From positions 1-64,000 of the forward strand of contig NW_005434482.1 in assembly GCF_000315625.1 (NCBI RefSeq): a stretch of DNA of 64,000 nt, read 5' to 3'. Position 1 is the stretch's first letter. Every line of letters starts with the position of its first letter. The DNA comes from Guillardia theta CCMP2712. Lineage: Eukaryota; Protista; Cryptophyta. Below, one piece after another: positions 1 through 13,000 of the stretch. Below the pieces are notes generated by a model. It had not been told where the DNA came from and ran no database searches. It saw only the letters and a program-made list of their open reading frames with translations. The position numbers and the translations under genes were made by a program.

Positions 1-303
1 GCTATCCTCGGAGGCTGTGTTCGAGCTCATGTTCGACCTCCAGCGTCTCCTTCCAGCAGTCGACGAGCTCCACATCGACCTCTCGCTGGTACTGAGCGGG
101 TTTGACAAGGTCATGAGGGCGAACGAGAGTCTGCGCGAGAGGGTGAGGGAGATGGAAGAGGCGTCGGGAGAGGAGGAGGAGGCGAGGAGAAGCTTGCAGA
201 CGCAGCTGTCCATGGAGAGGAGCGCAAGGATAAAGCAAGACCATATCGAGTACATGTCGAGGGAATGCAGCTTGAACAGCATGCTGTCGTTGCAGTCGGT
301 GTT
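1..303 (+). repeat. Inverted duplicate of an exon segment (partner 796-1098)
   Basis: Base 1 (gctatcctcggaggctgt) is the reverse complement of 1081-1098, and the match continues to about 303/796 with few mismatches. ORF 17..424 (+) repeats the peptide FELMFDLQRLL...ECSLN found in ORF 459..1601 (-). Confidence 0.93.
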
Positions 304-304
304 G

Positions 305-349
305 ATCATCATGATCATCCTCATCATCATCATGGTGGTCATGGAGAAG

Positions 350-380
<31 letters not shown>

Positions 381-470
381 ACATCAACAACCCCAACATC
401 AACAACATCACCATCAACCATTAGTTTTGTCCTCGTCGTTGTCATCATCATCACTTTCTCAATCATTTTT
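305..470. repeat. (CAT)n/(CAA)n low-complexity tract
   Basis: Visible trinucleotide runs directly after the inverted copy. Confidence 0.9.
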
Positions 471-503
471 AGCAATCACATCATCTCCATTCATCAGACT
501 TAC

Positions 504-3500
504 TTGAGTTTGTCCTTCCCAGGCTTGCTTACAATGTAAGTTGAGTTGTTCAATCTCCTCCTTGTGATTCTCTTTCGCAGTCTGAAGACTTCTCCTCAAC
601 ATCAACATCTCCTTCTCATACTCCTCGATCGTTCGTGCGCACTGAAGGGAAACCGCCTCCAGCTGCTCTCGATGAGCCTTGTCTTGCCTGCTGTCTTGAT
701 ATTTCTCCTGCACCAACTGCTGCCCAAGTTGTTGACGAGCTAATTGCTTCTTCTCCCACTCCTCCCACAGTGTTGCGAGCGAGAACAGCTCGTTCGACAC
801 CGACTGCAACGACTGCATGCAGTTCAAGCTGCATTCCCTCGACATGTACTCGATATGGTCTTGCTTTATCCTTGCGCTCCTCTCCATGGACAGCTGCGTC
901 TGCAAGCTTCTCCTCGCCTCCTCCTCCTCTCCCGACGCCTCTTCCATCTCCCTCACCCTCTCGCGCAGACTCTCGTTCGCCCTCATGACCTTGTCAAACC
1001 CGCTCAGTACCAGCGAGAGGTCGATGTGGAGCTCGTCGACTGCTGGAAGGAGACGCTGGAGGTCGAACATGAGCTCGAACACAGCCTCCGAGGATAGCGA
1101 GAGCTGCACACGCTGACCGTTCCTTTCCCTCCTCTCCTCCTTCCTCTGCTGCTCCTGTTGCCTACTCCCGTCCCTCTGGCTCTCTGCATGGCGCAGCCCA
1201 GCCATGATCGCATGCTCGCAGACGTTCAAGATCGTCGAGCATGACGATGTCAGCTGATCCATCGTCCAGCCCGTCAGGACCGACTCCTTGCAGACTTCGT
1301 GCGAGCACGCGAAGTGGGCGGCAGAGTTGCTCTCCCAGAGCCTGGCGAAGCTCCTGGAGGACAGGAAGCGCTCGAGCTGGTTCTTCGGGATGTCCTCGTT
1401 GAGCTGTATAATACAGATGATGCCTTTACTGTCGTTGCACTTGAGGAAGTCGACGATGGAGAAGTTGCAATCCTTGACGAACATGATGGAGGCGATCTGG
1501 TCCCTGACGTGCGCAACGTCGTTGCTGTTCGCCATGGAAGACAGGAGGTTGATGTCGTCGATACATGTGGACATGAGAACATGACGGTGATAATGCTGCA
1601 AACATGTCAGTCAGGAGAAGAGAAGAAGAGTGTCGGGTGATTGAGGAGAAGACGGAAAAGAGAGGAAGTTCCAGGAGAGCCAAAGTGTAAGTCGGAAGAA
1701 CGTTGAGAAGAAACCACGAGAAAGGCAGTACAAGTTCAAACAAAGATGAAACAAAGTTGTATGAAAGTTGTATGAAAGTCGTATGAAAGTCGTTTGAAAG
1801 TTGGGACAAAGTTGTATGGAAGTTGGATCAAAGTTACATCGTTTCCTTTGGAGGCAAGGTTGTCTTTCTGATGAAGGATTTCACTTGCAAACATCATCCT
1901 AAGGCAGGTGACCCAGAAGTCTGTCAAAATGTCAAGCAGGACCATCAACACATTCCTCATCCTCGTCCCCTTTGCCCGCTCCTCCTCTTCTTCCTCCTCC
2001 TTCTCCTTGTCCTCTCCGCCCCTGACCTCTTCCTCCTCTACCATCCTCCTTCTCCTCGTTCGCATCATCCTCTGCTCCTTTACTGTATGAAGCAATCCTT
2101 GTCTCTCCTCCGCTGCGCTTTACCTCCTCCTCTTGACTTCCCCTCGGACCGTCGACTTGAATCCAACGAGACAGTTCGACGCTCATGCTCGCTCGTTCCA
2201 TTGCTCAGGACGGAAATCTGCGACGTCGGGGGGGAGGAGGACTTGAAGACAAGATGACCGTCGGGGCTCAGACACTTGCCATTCTCCACCTCCCTCATCC
2301 CGCCCATGCCGTCATCGCCGCTCGAGTCTCTTCCTCCTCCCTCGTCGTATGTCAACCCCACATGGTAAGTCATCGACGCCTCCCCCCTGCTCACTTGCCC
2401 GACCGTCAACCCGTCCGGGTTCAAGTAGCTTCCTTCCTCCATCGACTTTACAGCTGCGCGAAGTGCCTCGTTGACAACAAGCAGGTGCTCTCGGTCATGC
2501 TCAGCGTTCATCCGCTCCTGCTGCTGCCTTTGTCGCTCCTTCTCCAGCCTCTCCTTCTCCTGCTTCCACTCGCTCTGCTGCCGCTCTAGCTCGTGCTCCA
2601 GCATCTTCACCCTCAGTGTCTGTGAGTTCAACTCTTTCATACTCCTCTTCATCACAAAATCCTTGCTCTGACAGTCAGATTCCAGCTCATGGACCTTGCT
2701 CTTAAGAGCTCGCACCTGCAAACAAAGGAAAGCCTTCAGCAACAAGCACACAAGAGCAGGGCAGGTCAGAGAACTTGATCAATCACTCACCACCGCCCCG
2801 ACGTCTCCGGCCTCTTCAAGTCGGATGGTATCTCGTTGGCTCAGAATCGTGCTATTCTGAGAGAGCAGCATCGCGTCCTTTGACCGCAGCTCTTCCTGCA
2901 GAGCCTCAATCTTCTCTTCCTGCTTCTTAACCTGAGGACAACGACCTAGTCACTGATCCCTCCTAGTTCAACCTGCTCTCACATGTTGCAGAGCCGTCGC
3001 CAGCTGCTCCTCCAGCAAGGACACCTGAGTCGTGATGCCGGAGACTGTTGGGTTCAGCTCCCTCCACTGCTCCTTGGTCAAGTTCAACTTGTCGAGGAGG
3101 AGGGTGACTTCCATCTCAGCTCGTGTCAGCTGGCTCTTGTACGTGTCTCGCTCCTTGGCGGTCGCGTCCAGGTCGAACCTCAACCTCTCGATCATTTCGT
3201 TGAGCCTCGCCGCATAGTCCTGCCCATGCACGGAGCCATCCGGGGACGCTCCTCCTCTCGCGGAGGGGAGTCGAGGGGTGTGGATGGCAGAGGAGGGGGC
3301 GCTGGAGGTAGGGGACAGGTTCCTTGAGATGTACCTGCTCTGCTCGCTGACTTTCCCCTCCGCCTGCTCAAGTGCTGCATGTACCCTGTCGTACTCGGCT
3401 AGCAGCTCCTTGTACGCCTCGTGCATGAGAGTCGCTGCTTCCTGACCTGCCTGTGGGTTGAGCTTGTCTGAGTCCAGCTCCTCCCCAGCAGCCTCGATCC

Positions 3501-3537
3501 TCCCCAGCAGCCGACGCAACCTCGGGGAGGACGCCAT
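504..3537 (-). CDS. Multi-exon large coiled-coil protein; 3' end probably runs off the window
   Basis: ORFs 2968..3666, 2080..2751 and 459..1601 are all heptad- and E/Q/R/K-rich and joined by GT-AG introns (e.g. 2972-2932, 2790-2716). Likely ATG at 3537 (MASSPRLRRLL). A GTAAGT donor at 503 suggests further exons to the left. Confidence 0.75.
1753..1836. repeat. 11-bp degenerate minisatellite (AAAGTTGTATG), about 7 units, probably intronic
   Basis: aaagttgtatg aaagttgtatg aaagtcgtatg aaagtcgtttg aaagttgggac aaagttgtatg... Confidence 0.85.
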
Positions 3538-4002
3538 ACATAGAGGTCTGAGAGGCAAGGTGGTAGGGGGAGGGGTACTTTGATATCTACTATCACTGCT
3601 AGTAGAATATAGGATTGAGAGAGAAAACTCAGGGGTCCACAAGGGGGTCATACATACAAATTTCATCGACTCTTACACTAGCAAAAATGGCCATAGGTAC
3701 ATACTCTGAGCAAAGGGAACAAGCTTGAATTTGGGGCTATCAACAGGACCCCTTCGTTACAACCCCGCCGTCGATCGGGGTACCCCACCCCACCCCCTAG
3801 ATCGATGCAATACATATCTGCGGATACGTCGCCCTCATCCCCTAACCAATGTTGGTGACCGTTTCAGGGCGGTTGCTCTGCAGATGACCTTTTTTTACGA
3901 GTCGGACGTTGGCCCGGCGGCCCAGCGAGCCAGCAGTTGCTACTCGTAAGGTACTAGCCATCTGCTGCTGCCCCGCCCCCCCCCCCCTTTCTCCCAGGCC
4001 CG

Positions 4003-4055
4003 GCTCCTCCTGCTCCTGCGGCTCCTGCTCCTGCTCCTGCTCCTGCTCCGGGGAG

Positions 4056-4099
<44 letters not shown>

Positions 4100-4125
4100 A
4101 GGCTCCTGCTCCTGCTCCTGCTCAG

Positions 4126-4201
<76 letters not shown>

Positions 4202-4250
4202 AGGCTCCTGCTCCTGCTCCTGCTCCTGCTCCTTCTCCTGCTGCTGCTCC
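4003..4250. repeat. (CTCCTG)n hexamer array, about 40 units
   Basis: Directly visible; it generates the SC- and SR-repeat ORFs. Confidence 0.95.
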
Positions 4251-4399
4251 TCCCGGAGTCCTCAGGGGCGGGCCTCAGTCCTCCCGAGTCCACGGAGTCT
4301 GATCCACCCAGAATCGGAAACTCGGAGTGACTTGCCGCGATTTAGGCCAAAGTTTGACAGGAGGCGGCCTGGCGATCATCGGATTCAGAGTCTAGTTGA

Positions 4400-5233
4400 A
4401 TCAGAGGATCACTGGAGAAGAGGCTGCGACCGTAACTAGCGTCACGACTCGAGCCATGAAGCAGTGAAAGATGCTCTGATAGTCAGCAACACGTTTATGG
4501 CAGTCGATCAACTCATTCGAGCAAAAATGCAACAAGAGTCAAGATTGCTGCTGCTTGTCAAAGTTGTTGGGCACACCTTGAATTCGGACTCTAATCGTCG
4601 CACGAGAGCGAAGTTCTGATCTCGGGTACTTGATCCGAACATGTCGGACAAAGTCAGGAGGATAGGGAAGGAGAGGATTGCGATGTTCTTCAAAATTGAC
4701 GACGACGACAAAAACGACACTAAAAACAACATCGATGCTCTGACGCAATCAGAGAGGTACGCCATCGGCTTCTTCTTCCACAGCTACTTGAAACCCTTCC
4801 AAGATCCTTAAAAGACAGAACAATGATGTTCTATGAAGTTCTCGATCGCTGGACCGCTTCTTCTTCTCCCTCTCCTTCTCAGCTGCAATTTGTTTGACTG
4901 GTACATCTAGTTGTTCCGTCTCATCGTTCCTCTTGTCGTTTGCTGTCTATCCATCTGATACATAGATGATCGCTTCGTTTTCCAGGTCGTCCTGCTGTCT
5001 TACCTTCGGGGGCGGGGCGAGTCCTTCGATTCCGTGTGCCAGTGACCAGACCATGACGAACCAAGCCCGGGAGCAGGCTTTGAAGTTGGAAGCGAGGTCA
5101 GAGGAGTCAATGCCGACTTCACAGTGAAGCAGCAGGTAACTCACTGGCACCTTGTTCGAGTCCAACTGCCAGTGGCACGGAGGTCGCCGTGACTAAGTCA
5201 GCGATGTCTGCTAGTTCTTTGACTACCTTCATG
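4400..5233 (-). CDS. Hypothetical multi-exon protein
   Basis: Short charged exon-like segments (EGLAPPPK|GTAAGA; TANDKRNDETEQLDVPVKQIAAEKEREKKKRSS) with splice-like signals. No recognisable domain. Confidence 0.35.
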
Positions 5234-5479
5234 TCTTGAGTCACCGTCACGGTGACGCAGTGCCAAGGGAGGGTCTGAACCTCCGACTCGAGTCCAGCTC
5301 AGATAGATCAGATGCCCCTCAGGGCCTGGCACTGGCGGCCTGACAACCGTAACCTTCTAAACAAACTTTCATATTCTCCGTAATCCGAGTTTACTTTCAG
5401 CACTCAAACAACTGCAAGTCCCCCCTCAGTCCAGCGCCGCCGGCCCATTCCTTCCTCACTGGGTCAGGCCAGTTCCAGC

Positions 5480-5600
5480 AGGCCGCCGCTCGGCAGTGAG
5501 GTGAGCTTCGCCGGGCCTGCCGGGCGGCCGCAGGGCCGCCCGGGCCCCGGCCCGCGGGGCCGGGCCGCGGCCCGGCGGCCGCCGATGATCTCCGCCAGTT
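5480..5600. promoter_or_regulatory. CCGG/GGCC-rich GC island between divergent genes
   Basis: Extremely GC-rich ccggg/ggccg run, with TGAGTCA at 5237 nearby. Regulatory role is inferred. Confidence 0.5.
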
Positions 5601-5699
5601 CGGACGGCACTGAGGGTGCTTGTGAAGTAGATTCCGAGTTTGAGAGTCGCGGCCCCTGCCCCGAGTCTCTTCATTCTCCATGGGACGGACCCTAGACCA

Positions 5700-7030
5700 C
5701 CTGGCACCCCACCCCCGCGGACTTTCCGCCGCCCCTGCGCTCCCACAGACCCCTGGTTATGACCCTATTTTGCCATTAAATGGAGGGGTAGTGATGCAAC
5801 CGAGAAGATTGTCAACATTCCAACGATGGCTGATACCCTGGCAGCCACCCCTACCCCCCCCCCCCCCCCGTACAGCATAGCTACTCTTATAACCCTATTG
5901 AGGTGACTACCGGTGGCTCATCCTGGAGTTAGACTAGAAAGATGGGGCACTATATGTAGGCGAGTCCTTATGGAGGTACCCCCACCCCCTCTACTTCAGT
6001 TCGGCCTCTTGTTGCCTTGATAGATTGTGACCAGTACTACCCCCCGATTATCCTCCCTCACTACACTCCCCAACCGGACTACTACCCCTAGTCCGATAGT
6101 CCGAGGATCAATACTCCCCTACCATTCCCCAATATGTACCCACCCTATCTACATGTAGAAGAGTCCCCTTAGAGTACTACCCCTCATTTTTCAACCACCC
6201 CCCGTCGGCGATCAGCCTTTTTCGCCTTGAGGCCAAGTTCGTTCCTTCAAGTACATCACCCACTCCACCCACCCCCTTTGGTATGAAAAATCAATTTTCA
6301 TGGCCACCCCTACCCCAAGTTTCCCAGGTAACTTAGGCATAACAACCCCCTCATCTATGAGCTTGGCTGACGGCCCCAACGTGACCCACCCCCCTTCCTT
6401 TCACTGTACGGTGACCGAAGTGATTCCAGTCCCCCAACTCCTCAGTACCGGAAATTTCAGTCAACTCAGGCATATCAATCCAGTCCAGTTTAATCCTGAG
6501 AGAAGACCACCCACCCTCCTATCTTCCAGGATTCTTGGGGGTAGTGCCGTATGTGTACACCCTCGAAAGTACCAAGATCAACCCCTATACCTCCCAGTAC
6601 CCCTACCCCCTACCCTACCCTGCTCTGATCAGTACGGTCGCGCCGTGACGGTCAGCAGGCACACGATGACCCCCCCATGTCTTCTGATGTTGATATGTTG
6701 ATTCGCCAGTCTATGACCCCACCCCTTCTGACCTCTCTTCGAGGACCCACCCCATCCCACACTCCTCTAGGCTTATTTACCCCTATCACGGCTAAACGGC
6801 ACACCCATAGCACGTACCCCTTCGAGAAGCAATAATCTGGATAACCCACCCTACTAGGCTACCCATTACCTCTATCCTCAGAAATCCACCCTACCCTTTG
6901 TTTGCGTCGACTACCCTCCACCCCCTTCCCTGTGGACATACGACTGGTAGTACCCCTGCGGACCGCCAGGCCACCACCCCTCGGAAGATATCACTTTGAT
7001 GGGGTCCCCTTCCATCCATTTGCCCCCTCC
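5700..7030. promoter_or_regulatory. ACCCC/TACCC-motif-rich non-coding upstream zone
   Basis: Many cacccc/tacccc motifs, mostly on the + strand, and no credible ORF. Lies between the GC island and the next + gene. Confidence 0.45.
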
Positions 7031-7031
7031 T

Positions 7032-9872
7032 ATGCGTAGACTACTCGCAGCTGGTCGGAGCTCAAGGAACGAGTTGATGTGTGCGAGAGGAGAGATATGT
7101 GATAGACGTTGACACGTCCATATCACCAGAGAGTGCGACAAAGGTCGAAGAGGTTTGCAACATTGCGAATAGAAAGTGTAGCCACCAACAAATTTGAAAT
7201 TCTTGTCTTAGCTCTTGAACGAGGCAACAAGTTGGTTTGGAAGTTGTTGATGAGTATAGCAGCAGAAGGTGAATTAACATTCGAAGAACTTGTGTTGATA
7301 CGACCAAATTCTATGTCGTTCTTCTCCCGTTGCAAGCTCGTCGCAAGCTTTATATCCTGGAGTTGTTGTTCCTCTGATCGGGATGATGCAGAAATTCCGT
7401 CTCGAGGCGATGCATCCGTCTACCATGTCGTCGTCTCAAGATAAAGATGATCGTATAGCTCTGTCAGTTCTGGAGGAGGTGATTGAGTGGACTGCATCTC
7501 CTCAGTCGAGGGATGAAAATGGAGACTTCATGTGCGTTTGCACTTTCCGTTGTTGCCCTCCAACTGATCTGTGAACCTTGCCAGATGCCCGGAGCATCAC
7601 TACTTCTCGAGGATCCAGAAAGAATTGTGTGAAGCAAACAAAGATGTTCACCTGGACACCAAGACGATCGAGCTGATGTGGCACCAAGAATGCAGGAAAG
7701 TGACAGGCAATCGAGGGCTGAGGAAGAAGAAAGGGAACGCAGAGTCCACGTTGGAGAAGGAAGAATGGTATTGTACACTAGAACCTGTGAATGACCGCTG
7801 AAAGCTGAGCAGGCCGATCGATGAGACTCAAGAGGATCCAACGGAGTACCTCGAACGGTCAGTCGTTGACTCAGTTTGCTCCTTCGCACCTGCTGACTTG
7901 TCGGTTCCGTAGATGCAAACTGTACTGCTCTTGGTTGGATAGGAAAGTCTCGAAATTTCGGATGGTCTCTGAGCCTCAGACTTGCGATCCTTGTTGGTTG
8001 TTGCAGAGCATGGAGGTCATAGCGTCAGAGGTCAGCACCCCACAAGGGAAGGAAGAGATCGAGCGTGTGAAGGAGTTTGTTCGGTCTAGCAGCCAGTGGC
8101 AGAGGGAGGCGTCTTTGACGTCTATGTCGTTCCTTGAATCCGTCTCGTCCTTCGTGAAGGAGATCACTGCCAATGTGAACAGCTCTTACAGCCTGATTGT
8201 CTCCGCCAAGGATTCCATCCCCTCCCCGAAGAGTTTGATCCGCCAGGTCGAGGAGCTCAGGCAAGAGCTGATCTTCAAGAACCAAGAGATGCAGTCGGAC
8301 GAGACTACCATACAAGAGATGGCTGCGATCATACAGCAGATGAGATACGACAGGGAGGAGGAGACGGTCAGTGCACCAAGTGATGATTGCTTCCTGTTGG
8401 AGAAGTTGGTGGACGGTATGGAGCAAGTGGTGAAGCTAAACCATGACATCTTGGACTCGCTCTCGGCTCATTCGTGTTGCAAGTCGAAGAACTGTGATGT
8501 AAGAGCAGAGTCGACAGATCTTGACATCGTCAAGGGATACTTGAAGAAGCTTGAATGCAACTTGTCCAACCTTGCTTCAAGCTTTGGGGACGGCAAGACT
8601 GAGAATGTGAGGTACATGGATGATCTGAAGAAGGAGATGCACGACCTGCAGAACAAGTTCGACTCGCACATGCAGTTCATGGTGGAAGAGAACGAGATCC
8701 TGAGAAAGGAGATCAGAGAGCTGCACAACCTGTTTGACCACGTGTACCAGCATCAGAATCGTTGCTCGCAGATGCTTATGATTGAGTCGGGAGGCAACGA
8801 GCACAGACAAGAGAAGTTGGGCTCGTTTGCTAGCATGAACTCCATGCCGCAAGACGAGGAGAGGCTCTTCTCGGGTCCCTGCCTGGAGCTTCACAAGAGT
8901 TTCCGTGTGAAACGAAGTCACTTCCTAGAGCTGTTCCAGGTGCTTGCTCAGTCACAGGGCAGTCAGAGTGAGAGACTGTTAAAGGAAAACAAAGATCTCA
9001 AAGAGTTGCTTCAGCGGTCCGAGCAGGAGAAAGATCAGGTGTCGAAGCTTGCACACATGGAAAAGTGGGAGCGCGAGGCCGAGTACAACGCTGCCATCGC
9101 CAGGTTGCAGGTGACGTTGGACCAGCAAAGACAGAAGAACAAGCTGCTCAACGAGATTCTTGTGAGCTCTGCCGTGTTTGACGATGAAGACATGCCCATG
9201 GACGACTCTTATGACCAAGATTCGATGAGCGAGGAGGAGGAGGTGATGGGGAGGATAGAGGACAGTCTGAAACAGGACTCGCCTCATTCCCCATCACAGC
9301 TTGTGACGGACGTTTGTTCAGTTCTCAACAGGTTGAATGATGTGTTGGATGTTTCCTCGCGAGATCTCAACAAGTTGGAAGAGAACATTTTGACAAACCC
9401 AGTCATCAGAAGTGACCTCAACAACATTTTCTCCTCTTTGGGTTCAGTCCTGTCGGGCCAGCGCTCGCAGTCCAGCAGTTCTCACCAACCTTGCGCGGCC
9501 TCCTGCTCGGCTCACGGGGTAGCGGATAGGAAGGGACAGGAGGTGGCGAGCAACAGGAGAAGCTCCGAGGAGATCAGAGAGCATGAGATGGCGCAGAACG
9601 TGGAGGAGGAGATGGTGGCCTTCTACATGAAGGCCAAGAGGATGCATCAAGATGAGCTTGAGCAGACGGCAAGTCAGCATGAGGAGGAGGAGAAGCAGGA
9701 GGAGAGAGGGGAGGAGTACAGACATGGTCGAAGCATGAAGGAGCTAGAGGAAGAGATTGGGGCGCTGACGTCAGACTTTGATGTTGATATGGAGATGATG
9801 AAGGCGAGGCTGCGATCTAGAATCTTCCACTGCCGAGAGCTGTCGGAGAAAGTCCAGGCATTGCGATGTTGA
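7032..9872 (+). CDS. Coiled-coil protein with short 5' exons and a long terminal exon
   Basis: 683-aa ORF 7821..9872 with heptad-rich segments, plus upstream exon-like pieces (7383-7530, 7587-7700). Start uncertain. Confidence 0.7.
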
Positions 9873-10029
9873 TGATGATGAGTATGATGTTGATGCAAGT
9901 AGAGGATGAGGAGGAGGATGAGGAGGAGGAGGAGGAGGAATGAGAGTTAAATTAAACTAATGAAGGTTGTCTTTTGAAGGTTGTATTCTTAACTAAGTTC
10001 ATTCGTTTGGTTTGTCTGAGAAGATTCTA

Positions 10030-13000
10030 AATTAAGAGATCACAAGAACTTTTCCATGTCAATCTCAAAAAATTATTCACAGAAGCATCTTCGAGGCAAC
10101 CTATCTCGGATCTCTCATCTCAGTGATGTCAATCTCACTGCACCTCAAGAGTCAGTCCTCCTCCTCCTCCTCCTCCTCCTCCTCCTCCTCCGCTTCTCCC
10201 AGTCATCGTACCTTGATGCTTCCATCTCAATGTCAATGGAGTCAACGATGTGATAAGCAGACGATTCTGCGCCTGAATCTCCCTGTAGCAGCAAGTCAGA
10301 CAAGCACGGGAAGAAGCAGCTTCTGATTCTTCTGTCTCTCCTTCTCTCCTTGCCTTCTTCCTCTCCCTCTTCTCCTCTTCCTCCTCCATGTTCACCTCCC
10401 TACCTCCCTCCCTCTCCCCTCGCTCTCCTCACCTGGGACTGAAAGAACATCCCCCACACGCGGTTGATCGTCCGAGCAAAGAAGCCGCGCCTGACCTGCA
10501 GAATGAAAGTGAGGGAGAGAGGAGGAGAAACGGATGAGGGAGAGAGGAGGAGAAACGGATGGGGGAGAGAGGAGGAGAAACGGATCAGGGAGAGAGGAGG
10601 AGGAGGAGTAGTAGTAGTAGGAGGAGAAAGGTAGCTGGGTCGAGCTTGCCTTCTTGGTAGGCGGTGCTGTGTTCTGTGCTCAAGTATGAGTAGGAAGAAG
10701 TTGCGACGAGGGAAGAAATAACAAGAGAGGAAGAAGAACAAAGAGATGAACAGGACGAGAGGGAGGGAGGGGAATGGGATGGAAAGGGCGGACGAGGAGG
10801 CAGGGGGTATGTACAAGTGGTGATGGAGGGGGAGAGGGGAGGGAGGGAGAGGGGAGGGAGGAGGAGGCGGAGGCGGATGAGGCGGAGGAGGAGGAGGAGG
10901 CGGCGGAGGCGGATGAGGCGGAGGAGGAGGAGGAGGCGGCGGAGGAGGAGGCGGCGGCGGCGGCGGAGGAGGAGGCGGCGGAGGCNNNNNNNNNNNNNNN
11001 NNNNNNNNNNNNNNNNNNNNNNNNNNNNNNNNNNNNNNNNNNNNNNNNNNNNNNNNNNNNNNNNNNNNNNNNNNNNNNNNNNNNNNNNNNNNNNNNNNNN
11101 NNNNNNNNNNNNNNNNNNNNNNNNNNNNNNNNNNNNNNNNNNNNNNNNNNNNNNNNNNNNNNNNNNNNNNNNNNNNNNNNNNNNNNNNNNNNNNNNNNNN
11201 NNNNNNNNNNNNNNNNNNNNNNNNNNNNNNNNNNNNNNNNNNNNNNNNNNNNNNNNNNNNNNNNNNNNNNNNNNNNNNNNNNNNNNNNNNNNNNNNNNNN
11301 NNNNNNNNNNNNNNNNNNNNNNNNNNNNNNNNNNNNNNNNNNNNNNNNNNNNNNNNNNNNNNNNNNNNNNNNNNNNNNNNNNNNNNNNNNNNNNNNNNNN
11401 NNNNNNNNNNNNNNNNNNNNNNNNNNNNNNNNNNNNNNNNNNNNNNNNNNNNNGAAAAAACATGATTTCACTAGAACGTTACTTTGAAGGGACTCTTAGT
11501 TGTAATTCCTTGAACCAGTGAACAGGCGACCAGATGAAGCAGAAGTGCAGAGGAGTGGAGAGGAGAGGAGAGGAGAGGAGAGCAGAGGAGGAGGAGTCAC
11601 CTCAACATCAACAGTGACATGATGCTTGACATAGAGATCTTTTCCACGTGATGTCTCGCAGATCACTTGCGTGTTTGAAACCCAACGAGTAGTCTGACAA
11701 AGAGGGTGAGAAGGATATTAAAGGCAGCTGAGATGATTTGTAATTTTGATTGTGGAGATTGTGATGGTTTTTCTTTTGTTGTTGTTGTTGTTGATGATGA
11801 TGATGATGACGATGATGAAAATGGAGATGTTACCTGGCATTGAATATCTCCTATGAATGCCTTGGGTTCAGATGCTGCTGAAGTTCCAAAGTTGTTCCCA
11901 AAGATCGTCACGCTTGTTCGACCTGTAAAGGTGAAGGTAAGACGAGAAGAGGAGGAAGAGGAGGAGGAGAGGAGGAGGAGGAGGAGGCAGACTATCGGGA
12001 AGGAAAGGCGGGTGGAGGAAGGGGAAGGAACAGGATGGGAAGAGAGCAGGGAGCAGGACAAAGGAGGAGGAGAAGGAGGGGGAAAAGGAGAAACGGCGGA
12101 GAAAGCGAGCAGGAGGAGGCGAGAGGGAGGGGGAGTGGGAGGAGGGAAGGGGAGTTTACCTGTGACGGGACCTGACGAAGGATCGACCTCGGAGGTCGTT
12201 GGAGGGAGGTAAGTGAAACCCTGAACCTTTGTCATTCCACCGCTGTCCCACACCTCCTCCTCCCCTCCTCCTCCTCCTCTTCCCTGCCCCTCCTTGCTCC
12301 CCCCTCCTTGCTCCCCCCTTCTCATCCCATTCCTCCGCCTCACCTTGAACGGAGCAGACTCCTGCTCTCCCACCACAGCAACCACGCTCCTCCCTCCTCC
12401 TCCTCCCGCCGGGGTCACGCACACGAGCTTCGAGTCGGACGCGTAGAGGGTTCTAGAACAGCTCCTTCCTCCCACCTTCACTGTCGGGTTGGAGTCGAAC
12501 GTCCCAAAGTCTCTCCCCAGCACGGTCACCAGCAGCCCCCCAGCACTGTTCCCCTCTTCCGGCTCCACCGACGTCACCGACGGGGTCCTGTAGGAGGCGA
12601 CGCCGAAGCCCATGAAGTCCTTCCGTCCTCCCTCCTCCTCTACCTCCACCTTCACGTCCAGGTCCCTACCAACTCCAGCAGGAGCCACGCAAGTGATCGA
12701 CGTCGACGACTCCCACCTGGCCTGCGTGCAGCTCGACCCCAGCTGAGCTCCATCGCCCAACGTGACCTTGACGTCCTTCCTGCCCCTGGCCTGCCCGAAG
12801 TTCCTGCTGAACAGCGTTACCGTCGCTCCTCCTCCCGTCGGCAGAGTCTCAGGTTGCATGCTCGTGACTGTTTCCCCCTCGTAGTCGTAAAGTGGCGCCT
12901 CCTCCACCTTGGACGGCTGCCCTCCCACCTTGACCAGCACCGGCACACGACCGACCCCAGCTGGGGTCTGTGCTGAGAGGGAGGAGTCGCTAGTCCATAC

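Noticed and set aside
265-507. Poly-His/Gln ORF suggesting a metal-binding peptide
   Set aside because: Product of a (CAT)n tract in a probable intron.
3909-4439. Metallothionein-like (SC)n ORF and SR-protein-like ORF (3940..4293)
   Set aside because: Both are readings of the (CTCCTG)n microsatellite, with no RRM or other supporting domain.
10585-11521. ORFs spanning N-runs (also near 21.3, 25.2, 28.8, 49.9 and 62.4 kb)
   Set aside because: Artefacts of assembly gaps.
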